From: an uncultured Verrucomicrobiae bacterium
GTDB taxonomy: Bacteria > Verrucomicrobiota > Verrucomicrobiia > Chthoniobacterales > UBA10450
Length of the DNA: 64,000 nt
Reading direction: 5' to 3'
NCBI GenBank assembly: GCA_963737545.1
Contig: CAVTTH010000006.1
Location: 119,538 to 183,537 of the forward strand
Shown: positions 39,037 to 46,674 of the stretch, piece by piece
Position numbering within the stretch: position 1 is the stretch's first letter
Layout: each line of letters begins with the position of its first letter
Notes under the pieces: model-generated
The model's input: the letters and a program-made list of their open reading frames with translations, nothing else
Database searches by the model: none
What the model was told of the DNA's origin: nothing
Program-made: the position numbers and the translations under genes

Positions 39037-39916
39037 TCATGACGTTGCGGTGCTTGGATCAGGCCTCAGTCGCTCGATCGCTTGAAGAACCTCTAATGCG
39101 AACGAGTGAAACGTCCACATCGTATAATTCAGCTCGTCGGGGGATAAACGAAGCCGATCACCGACGGGAAAGCGCTTCTCTACTGGCCCGATTCTGAGAT
39201 TAACCGTGGATTCATTTCTTGTTGGCGTGAGCTGCGGAATAAAAGTTTCGGCTCCCGGAACAGAATCGATGGATCACGCATGCGCATCGCCTGCCATTTG
39301 ATCGTGAAGAAATCCTTCCCTTTGGAATCCTTCGAGGACACAACGCCGCGCCGGTGCACAAGACAGTTACGCGCTTGATTCAGCGTTAGGACGTGCTCGT
39401 CAAATTGGAAAGTAGCACAACACTTTTCTCGCAAATATTCGATCTTTTCGGGGAATTTTTTCCAGTCAAACTCCTTGTGCTTAGTTTTCCAAGACTCGAT
39501 CTCCAGTCTTCACCGCTAATTGTCGTCGATCCTAGGGAGTGAAAGGTACTAAGACTCTGCTCTCCTCCAGAAACTCACCCATTCGATCGATTGCCTCGGT
39601 AAAGGCGTTCTTTAAGCACCAGAAAAGGTGTTCATCCTTTATCTGAGAAAATGGCAGCAACTCGTGGAGTTGCAGTGCGGCGGCGAACGGGCTGACCTCT
39701 GCTATCGTGTTCTCTCCCTGGACGTTCCGAACACCGGTTACTCCAATAGAAACTAAGTCGACTAGGCGCTGTAAATATCGCGATCCAGTTTGGCCAGCGC
39801 AGCGGGTAGATTGACGTTAACACTAATATGTTTGATCCCGGATTTCGCTTGCAGTCCCCTTCCGCTAGATGCTCAACCATAGGTCCAACGGCTAGTAGCT
39901 TCGCGAATGTTTGCAC
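39037..39916 (-). pseudogene. Decayed gene remnant readable in three frames, with a possible HEPN-type Rx4H motif
   Basis: Own translation gives protein-like pieces in different frames: ...VNLPAALAKLDRDIYSA*, ...IGVTGVRNVQGENTIAEVSPFAAALQLHELLPFSQIKDEHLFWCLKNAFTEAIDRMGEFLEE..*, ...LTLNQARNCLVHRRGVVS..* and VEKRFPVGDRLRLSPDELNYTMWTFHSFALEVLQAIERL..*. RNCLVH fits R-x4-H. Confidence 0.35.
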
Positions 39917-40400
39917 CCCAACTTCGTATGAGTGAAGCCCGTTCCGAGATTATGCGTCGCTTTAGCGCAGCATTTTCCTCTGCAAATCCAATCGATTTTT
40001 CCTTAATCTCATCGTAGCTGACAATCTGTCCAACACAGGACGTCAACATCTCGTTGCACAGCAGATTGGTCTTGAACATCCTTTCAAGATCGTCCTGCAA
40101 CTGCGGAACATAAAATTCAACGAGCAGCTCCAACTTTTCCAACAGATCGGCCATGAGCATTTGCTCGAACGGCAATGGCCATTTTGCGGGAATCGCCCCT
40201 TTTTGAAATGCGACCACCATAGCGGGCTCGAAACGCTCCATGTTGCGTGCCCCAATTTCAAGCAACAACAAATACACTTCTTCCAACTTTCCCAACAACA
40301 ATCGCGAGCGTTCCCTTCGATGAATTATCCATTGCGATGCGGCAAGCACGATGAAGGCAACAGCCGCGCTAATAAACGCAGAGATTAACGCAGGGATCAT
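39873..40400 (-). CDS. N-terminally anchored hypothetical protein (last gene of the packed array)
   Basis: Internal ATG at 40400 (MIPALISAFISAAVAFIVLAASQW...). Its start overlaps the upstream stop as ATGA. The upstream part of the listed 252-aa ORF is Arg-rich shadow. Confidence 0.5.
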   Translation of the reverse strand: MIPALISAFISAAVAFIVLAASQWIIHRRERSRLLLGKLEEVYLLLLEIGARNMERFEPAMVVAFQKGAIPAKWPLPFEQMLMADLLEKLELLVEFYVPQLQDDLERMFKTNLLCNEMLTSCVGQIVSYDEIKEKSIGFAEENAALKRRIISERASLIRSWGANIREATSRWTYG

Positions 40401-40612
40401 CCTTTTAACCCATCGATTGAGGTTTGAGAGAGCTCGGCGTCGTTGGCGAGCAAGTGATACCAGCTCGCGAAATGCTCGTGCACCACCTGGGCGGCAGCGG
40501 ACCGGACAGCGTGGGTGTTCTGCCGGATCTGCAATGCGACGTAGATCAAGGACACCACCACGGCGACCGCGCCGATGACTTGTCCGAGATTGGCGAGATC
40601 GTTGAGATTCAT
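40397..40612 (-). CDS. Short (71-aa) member of the MN(L/W)xxLAxxGQ membrane-anchored family
   Basis: MNLNDLANLGQVIGAVAVVVSLIYVALQIRQNT.... It is about half the length of its neighbours and may be truncated. Confidence 0.45.
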   Translation of the reverse strand: MNLNDLANLGQVIGAVAVVVSLIYVALQIRQNTHAVRSAAAQVVHEHFASWYHLLANDAELSQTSIDGLKG

Positions 40613-40614
40613 GT

Positions 40615-41058
40615 TCAACCAAGCAGCCCATTCACCCATCGCGCAAAGTCTTCCGAAAAGCTCGGGCCAATATCATCCCAGACTTCCTTGAAGCCACGCG
40701 ATTGGATGTACTTCGTCATGTATCGCGCGTACCCGCGCCAGTGGGCATCTGGCATGAGCTTCAATTCGTGATGATGAAAATAGGTCTCGGCATGCAGGAG
40801 CACTTGGATGTGGCTCCAATACTGGAAGTAACGATCCCCATCGGTTAGCTCCGCGGCGCTCTCGAGTTTGGCAAATCGATCGGCGTGCTCGGCCCGAAAG
40901 ATGGAGAAGCGCAGAGCGAACTCAGAGAGAGCATGGCGGGCCTGAGCGTTCGCGACTTTCGTGTTGCCGCGGATTTGAACGGCGAGGTAAACGAGCGTGA
41001 TAATGATACCGATCGCGCCGATGATCTGTCCAAGATTGGCGAGGTCGTTGAGATTCAT
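40615..41058 (-). CDS. Membrane-anchored small protein, same family (possibly DUF4760-like)
   Basis: MNLNDLANLGQIIGAIGIIITLVYLAVQIRGNTKV..., 147 aa. The family name is from memory and is uncertain. Confidence 0.55.
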   Translation of the reverse strand: MNLNDLANLGQIIGAIGIIITLVYLAVQIRGNTKVANAQARHALSEFALRFSIFRAEHADRFAKLESAAELTDGDRYFQYWSHIQVLLHAETYFHHHELKLMPDAHWRGYARYMTKYIQSRGFKEVWDDIGPSFSEDFARWVNGLLG

Positions 41059-41073
41059 GGTCGCTAATGAGAG

Positions 41074-41481
41074 CTAGCCATCGATGCCGTGTTTCAGCTG
41101 CCGTTCGTATTCCGCGGCATCGAAGTGGCCCTTCGACTCCGCGATGAGACCGTCATTGTCGATCTTCCAAAGTTCGTATCCGCTGATTCGAACGCGTTTT
41201 CCAGTGCCGCCCGGGCCGGTATTCGTTCCGATCAAGGTCCAATGAAATGCCGTTCGATCTCCGCGAGGCTCCAACTTGTCGAAGGTCACGATCATGTCCG
41301 GAAATGTTGTCATGAACGCTTGCGCTTCCCTGGCAATCGCCGCGCGTCCAACTGAGGGTGGTCCGTTGTTAATGCTTAGCGAACCGTTCTCGGCAAAGAA
41401 CGCAGCGACACTTTCAGGATTCTGGCTGCACCACACCTTGGCATAGCGTTCCGCAAATTTAGTTAACTCGTCACTGGTCAC
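41074..41481 (-). CDS. SnoaL-like / NTF2-fold (ester cyclase-like) protein
   Basis: 135 aa. FAERYAKVWCSQNPESVAAFFAENGSLSINNGPP..GRAAI...F...PD is the typical SnoaL-like pattern. Confidence 0.8.
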   Translation of the reverse strand: MTSDELTKFAERYAKVWCSQNPESVAAFFAENGSLSINNGPPSVGRAAIAREAQAFMTTFPDMIVTFDKLEPRGDRTAFHWTLIGTNTGPGGTGKRVRISGYELWKIDNDGLIAESKGHFDAAEYERQLKHGIDG

Positions 41482-41997
41482 AGGTCACTCTGCTTCATGA
41501 TCTCGCGTAGATTGTAGGTGGAGTAAGCCTTGGGCTTGTCGCCGCGTGCGATGATCCCGTCGACGACGTGCCCAAACTCTTCCGTGTGCCAATGTCGGCG
41601 CTCTCTCCACCATTGTTGTCTCCGGGATAGGCAATGAGATCGCTCAGCGTCCGCTCGATCTTGTCCCATGCCGATGCCGTGAGTAGGCCCTCACCATGAG
41701 CGAGTACATTGCTTCGAAATGATTTAAGAATCGGTTGAAGAACGCGCTGAATCTGAGTTTCGAGACAGGATCGAGATCGGCGAAAGATTGGACGCCGCGA
41801 AGAAAAATTGCGCTGAGCTCGGCGCTATCGTGCAGAGCACAGGTTAGATCGCCCCACTGGCCTGTGAGAGCATTGACCGCCGACTGCCGGCGTTCCCGGG
41901 TTTGCGCTCTAATTTGGAGGGCGAGATAAATGAGAGAAGGAATTCCGACAAATACCGCCGCTAGCTGCCCGATTGCTGCCAGCATTTCCCAGTTCAT
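41478..41997 (-). pseudogene. Frameshifted member of the membrane-anchored family
   Basis: ORFs 41644..41997 (MNWEMLAAIGQLAAVFVGIPSLIYLALQIRAQT...) and 41478..41669 (...QQWWRERRHWHTEEFGHVVDGIIARG...) together align with the intact 171-aa neighbour at 42026..42541, but they lie in different frames. Confidence 0.6.
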
Positions 41998-42025
41998 AGG
42001 ATGGAGATCATGAGGGAGCAGCTTG

Positions 42026-42541
42026 CTAGGTGGTCGGCGGAGACTTCGTCAAACCGTAAGTCGAATATGCCGTGGGGTTGATTCCGCGCGCGATCATCGC
42101 GTCCACGACGCCCGCAAACTCTTCCGTGTGCCAGTGTCTTCTTGTTTGCCACCATTGTTGCGGACCGGGATACGCAATCAAATCTGCCATCGTCCGTTCG
42201 ACTTCGCCCCATAATGGCTCCGGGAGCATGCCGTGACGATGCGCGAAATATATCGCCTGAAAATTCTTGAAAGTGCGATTGAAGAACGCACTGATTTGCG
42301 TTTTCGAGACCGCGTCAAGATCCTGGAACGACTGCATGCCGCGGAGATAAACGGCACTGAATTCTCGGCTTTCATGGAAGGCCGACATGGCGTCGCCCCA
42401 CCGCGCAGTGAGCTCATTAACCGCGGATTGCCGTCGCTCTTGGGTTTGCGCCCGAATTTGGAGCGCCAGGTAAATCAACGACGGAATTCCGACAACCACC
42501 GCCGCCAGTTGACCGAGCGCGGTCAGCATTTCCCAGTTCAT
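42026..42541 (-). CDS. Membrane-anchored small protein, same family (intact reference copy)
   Basis: MNWEMLTALGQLAAVVVGIPSLIYLALQIRAQTQERRQSAVNELT..., 171 aa. Confidence 0.6.
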   Translation of the reverse strand: MNWEMLTALGQLAAVVVGIPSLIYLALQIRAQTQERRQSAVNELTARWGDAMSAFHESREFSAVYLRGMQSFQDLDAVSKTQISAFFNRTFKNFQAIYFAHRHGMLPEPLWGEVERTMADLIAYPGPQQWWQTRRHWHTEEFAGVVDAMIARGINPTAYSTYGLTKSPPTT

Positions 42542-42550
42542 GTTTCTAAA

Positions 42551-42578
42551 GTGACGTGTGACAAGTGACGAGTGACAA
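42551..42578. repeat. Four tandem heptamers GTGACNN in an intergenic spacer
   Basis: The sequence is gtgacgt gtgacaa gtgacga gtgacaa. The related ttgtcac ttgtcac occurs at 14525-14538. Confidence 0.6.
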
Positions 42579-42597
42579 GCAAGCGAACTCGATCATG

Positions 42598-43101
42598 TTA
42601 GCTCCCACGGCGCGAGTAAGCCGGAACATATGCGCGCCTGGTGCGATCGTGTTCGATTTGCCTAACCAGCCATTCGCACCATTCCAAAAACTCTGCCTCA
42701 CCCGTGCGCTTCCGCCTTTCCTCCGACCAGTGTTTCGCGCGTGACCAAAAACCGAGAATCGCGCCACCAGCAAGGTCGTTGACGATTTGAAGGTCAACTA
42801 TGCCGTGAGAAACCATGTAACCCGTTACTTCCAACCGCAGCCCAAACTCGAGAATTTGGCGCCTGGCGTCAGCGCTCAAATTGTCGATCACCGCGGCGGA
42901 CGCTCCTTCCGGGATGTCGCCGAGTAATTCCAGGATACGGGCTGAATTTTCACTCAAAGCGGTGGTTTGAATCACGGTCACAGCCGCCTGCTCGCGGCGC
43001 GCGCGATTGGCCGCGCGCACCTGTAGACCCGTAAAGACGAGCGCGCCGATCAGGGTGACGGCTGAAATTAGGTTGAGCGCGTTGGCAAGATCGAGATGCA
43101 T
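42598..43101 (-). CDS. Membrane-anchored small protein, divergent member of the same family
   Basis: From the ATG at 43101: MHLDLANALNLISAVTLIGALVFTGLQVRAANRARREQ..., 167 aa. Confidence 0.55.
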   Translation of the reverse strand: MHLDLANALNLISAVTLIGALVFTGLQVRAANRARREQAAVTVIQTTALSENSARILELLGDIPEGASAAVIDNLSADARRQILEFGLRLEVTGYMVSHGIVDLQIVNDLAGGAILGFWSRAKHWSEERRKRTGEAEFLEWCEWLVRQIEHDRTRRAYVPAYSRRGS

Positions 43102-43130
43102 TAAGCGATGGATATTTTCGACATACCACT

Positions 43131-43271
43131 CTATCCCCGCAGGATTCGCCGCGCGCTGCAACTGCCGGCGCCGCTTTGATCGGTGATGAGCAGCTTAGAG
43201 TAGCCGACGATGTCGATGAACAACACGTGCCCGATCTCGAATTTTTCGTCTAAAGAAGGCTCGGTCGGCAT
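43131..43271 (-). pseudogene. Cyclase 5' stub (first ~30 codons), then unrelated sequence
   Basis: MPTEPSLDEKFEIGHVLFIDIVGYSKLLIT, then DQSGAGSCSARRILRG*. It is preceded by the same promoter-like module as the intact cyclase genes. Confidence 0.65.
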
Positions 43272-43365
43272 CAGAGTTGGTTACTATCGTAAGACTCGCG
43301 ATTTAACGAGCCTATTCCGATTCACGAAATCGTGCAGAACAGATTCGACTGGGCTCACCACAAGC

Positions 43366-43447
43366 AACCGCGGATTACGCAGATAACGCGGATTAAGAGT
43401 TAAACACAGGCTGCGATAATCCGTGTAAATCCGCGAAATCCGCGGTT
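43366..43447. repeat. ~82-nt imperfect hairpin repeat (CGCGGATTA-type arms), copy 1
   Basis: The sequence is aaccgcggattacgcagataacgcggatta...taatccgtgtaaatccgcgaaatccgcggtt. The arms are reverse complements of each other. Confidence 0.8.
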
Positions 43448-43648
43448 CGAATCTTGTTATGAATGTCGCTCCGTTTCGGCTCCGCGAAGAAATTCAACTT
43501 CACGTCTGATGGCCGCTCGGTCGGCATCAGAGTTGGTCACTATCGTAAGACTCGCAATTTAACGAGCAACTTGTTTCGCCTCAAAATGTCGTCAAGAACA
43601 ACCACTGGTTACCCAGCGCGGCTCCGCCCCAAGCGCAACCGAAGCATT

Positions 43649-44138
43649 AACCGCGGATTTCGCGAATTAACGCGGATTGTTTCGGAATCCACGTCTTCAC
43701 AGAATAATTTCATCTCTCGTTTCGGTGCCGGATTTTACACTGCGCTTCCACTGAAGACTCGCGTGTTTGAAGTTGACTAGCAACGCCACTTCCAATCCGC
43801 TGATTGCAAGGTAGCCGAGCATTTGTGCGAAGTGATCTTTGTTGAAGTCATCCACCACTTTCGGATCCACGATGACAAGATCGTCCACGATCACGTCGGG
43901 CGTCATTCTCCCGATGAAATGGCCATCGTAATGAACGGAGAAACTCTTCTGCTGTTCTGCGCGATGACCGCGCTTTGCCAGTTCGATGATGAGCGCATTT
44001 TCATAGAGCTTTTCGTCGAGCCCGGGCCTGAGCGTGCCATGAACTTTCATGGCCGCGGCGATGATCTCCCGGCTCAGGTCTTCATGAATTAGATGGGTCA
44101 TTTTTTGAAATCCGCGTTAATCGGCGTAATCCGCGGTT
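43649..44138. mobile_element. Candidate inverted-repeat-bounded unit carrying the GxxExxY gene
   Basis: The left arm at 43649-43678 is aaccgcggatttcgcgaattaacgcggatt. The reverse complement of the right arm (44108-44138) is aaccgcggattacgccgattaacgcggattt. The arms lie 18 nt from the ORF stop and 6 nt from its start, and belong to the same sequence family as the solo hairpin arms. Confidence 0.45.
43697..44101 (-). CDS. GxxExxY protein (PD-(D/E)XK nuclease-fold family)
   Basis: 134 aa. It has PGLDEKLYENAL (the G-x-x-E-x-x-Y motif), then IVDDLVIVDPKVV....AQMLGYLAISGLEVALLVNF. Confidence 0.85.
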   Translation of the reverse strand: MTHLIHEDLSREIIAAAMKVHGTLRPGLDEKLYENALIIELAKRGHRAEQQKSFSVHYDGHFIGRMTPDVIVDDLVIVDPKVVDDFNKDHFAQMLGYLAISGLEVALLVNFKHASLQWKRSVKSGTETRDEIIL

Positions 44139-44231
44139 CAGATCGGGGTATAGCTCGGTCGGCAAGAGATCGCTTATTATAATATGACCTGCAATTTAAC
44201 GAGCCTGTTTCGAGCTAAGATACTTCAGGAA

Positions 44232-44312
44232 TAACCACGGATTACGCGGATGACGCGGATTAAGAGTTAAACACAGGCTTCAGTAATCCGTGAAATCCGC
44301 GTAATCCGTGGT
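44232..44312. repeat. ~82-nt hairpin repeat, copy 2
   Basis: The sequence is aaccacggattacgcggatgacgcggattaagagttaaacacaggcttcagtaatccgtgaaatccgcgtaatccgtggtt, followed by cagatcttattatata as in copy 3. Confidence 0.8.
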
Positions 44313-44369
44313 TCAGATCTTATTATATAGACGTTGCGCTGCTTCAACTCGGAGGAGAATGAGGGCGGT

Positions 44370-46461
44370 TCATTGTGGCGGCGTCACCTTGAACTCGATC
44401 TTGGCCAGTTGCTCCGGCGCTTTGCCGATCTTGCGCAGGAACGGCAGCCAGCGCGGGTCAGCGTGGATCTTGTCGAACAGGTTTTCCGCCACGATCTCGG
44501 CGAGGCCGCCGTCGCCGTACTCGACCGCCTTGTCGAGCCATTCAAACGCTTTATCGGCTTCGCCGCGGTAGGCATAGACGCCGGCGATGTTGGAGGGCGC
44601 GTCCTTCTCGTACTTCGCGATCAACGCCGCGAGCGCAACGTCGGAGTCGGCTTTACGCCCGAGCGCGTGGTACGCCATTGGCAGGCCGATCATCTTGTAG
44701 ATCTCGCTCGTCTCCTGCTCGATCTCCGCCAGCGCGCCCTTCGCATCGCCCTTGAGCAGCAGCGCTACGCCGAGCTGGCAGTGGGCGCCTCCATTGCTTG
44801 GGCTCAAGCTCAGCACGGTGCGGAACGACGCGATCGCCGCGTCGAGTTGGCCGGCCATGCGCTGGTGGTAGCCCAGGTTGAAGAGCGTCGTCACGTTCAC
44901 CGGATCGCGGCGGACGGCGGCCTCCTCGAGCGCCAGCGCCTCGTCGAGGCGGCCTAGCGATACGAGCAGGGTAGCGCTGTTGCCCAGCACATTTAGATCC
45001 GCCGGATCGAGCGCCAGCGCGTGCTTGAAGTGCTCCGCGGCACCGGCGAGGTCGTTATCGCTATCCGCGATATAGCCGAGGCTGGCATGAGCCGGTGCGT
45101 AGTCCGGATCGATCGCCAGCGCCTTCGTCGCTGCCTCGCGCGCTTGGGCGTACCCATCCTTGCTGGACAGGAGGCCTTGGCCTGTCTCGTTGTCGAAGTT
45201 GTGAGCCAGCCCGATCCATGCCGGGGCGTAGCGTGGATCGATCGCCAGCACCTTGCGGTAAAGCGCGTCGGATTGCTGGAATGCCTCGGCTTTGAACTGC
45301 CGTCCGAGCTGCACGGCCTGCAGGTAGAGCACGTAGGCTTCGGGATCAGTCGTGCGCGCCTTCGGCGCCGCGCCAAGCAGTGTGACCTTTAACTGCTTGA
45401 CCACGTCGGCCGCGATCTCATCCTGGATCGCGAAGATGTCGTCGAGCTTGCGGTCGTAGGTCTGCGACCACAGGTGCGTGTCGGTACCGGCCTTGATCAA
45501 CTGCGCCGTGATCCGGACCGAGTTGCCCGCCTTGCGCACCGAACCTTCCAGCACATGCGCCACGTGCAGCGTGCGCGCGATCTCCGGGATCGCAACCTCT
45601 TTGCCTTTGAACGAGAACGACGAGGTACGCGCCGTCACCTGCAACTGCGGAATCTTCGCGAGCAGGTTCAGCAGTTCCTCCGAGATGCCGTCGGAGAAGT
45701 ACTCGTTCGCCTTGTCCTCGCTCATGTTGACGAACGGCAGCACGGCGATGCTTTTTTCGGGAATGGCAGCGCCTTTAGTCCAGGTTCGCTGCGCGAAATA
45801 ATAAACTCCGACCGCCAGGAGTGTCGCGGCCAGCACGAGGGCGACGATCGATCCGATACTGCGCCGCTTCAGTTTTTGTTTCGTCTGTTGAAACTTTTGC
45901 GGCAACGCGGCGTTGCCCAGCGGCTCGGCGTAGAGATTGACCAAATGGAGCCGGACGCCATGCTTGACCTCGCATTCCCCCAGGTCGCGTAAACGCGACG
46001 CCCATTGCCGGGAAGCCACCAGATCATCGGCCACGTGCTGGGAGAGAAGAATGTGCCCGGCGTCGCCGCAATCCATCACCCGTTGCGCCATGTTGATGCC
46101 GGCCCCGGCGATATTGGTGCGTCCACTCACGTCGGTCACCTCGCTGACCGGACCGCTGTGAATGCCCATGCGCACCGGAAGTTCCGGATGTTTCTGAAGC
46201 GCTTCCGCAACTTCGAGCGCGCAGCGGGCCGGTTCTTCCGCGCTATGATGGAAGACCAGCGCCATCCCATCGCCGGTCGGTAGCCTAACGAGTTGTTCGT
46301 CGGTCGCTTCGCGGACCGGCGTGGTCGCGAGCACGATCTGAGTGAGCTGGTTCAGCCGCTCCTTCTGTTCTTCAAGCAGAAGCTTCGAGTAACCGACGAT
46401 GTCGATGAAGAGGACGTGCCCGATCTCGAAATTTCGAATCGGAGGATTGCTCGGCCGGCAT
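44370..46461 (-). pseudogene. Class III cyclase-TM-TolB-like-TPR protein with an apparent +1 frameshift about 10 codons into the gene (otherwise intact)
   Basis: The ATG at 46461 gives MPAEQSSDSKF, then goes out of frame. The shifted frame reads (N)FEIGHVLFIDIVGYSKLLLEEQKERLNQLTQIV and joins the listed 654-aa ORF. The sequence gaaattt at about 46428-46434 has one base more than the KFEIG reading requires. The length of 2092 nt is not divisible by 3. This could be an assembly error. Confidence 0.6.
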
Positions 46462-46498
46462 AGGCTTGGTTTTATCCAGAAGCTCGGCGTTTAACGAA
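46462..46498 (-). promoter_or_regulatory. Conserved promoter-like module TTCGTT-N18-TAAAAC-N7-ATG
   Basis: The minus strand reads ttcgtt aaacgccgagcttctgga taaaac caagcct ATG. The same geometry occurs at four other sites. Confidence 0.35.
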
Positions 46499-46674
46499 GT
46501 CTATTTTCGGCCCAACCACTTTCTCGATCAGCGCCTCGAAACATGCATCTTCCGTCAATATTATTTCCAGACGCCGCTGGTTGAGAAGGTTCGGGCTGAC
46601 GTTGCAAGCGTCGTCATCGGGACACAATTCGTTAGGTTCAATTCGGGCAAACAGCGGCTCGGGCCAAATGCATT

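Noticed and set aside
39873-40631. The 252-aa ORF as annotated by the track.
   Set aside because: The first 77 codons are Arg-rich and overlap the preceding family member in another frame. The hydrophobic start MIPALISAF at 40400, with an ATGA overlap, is the credible start.
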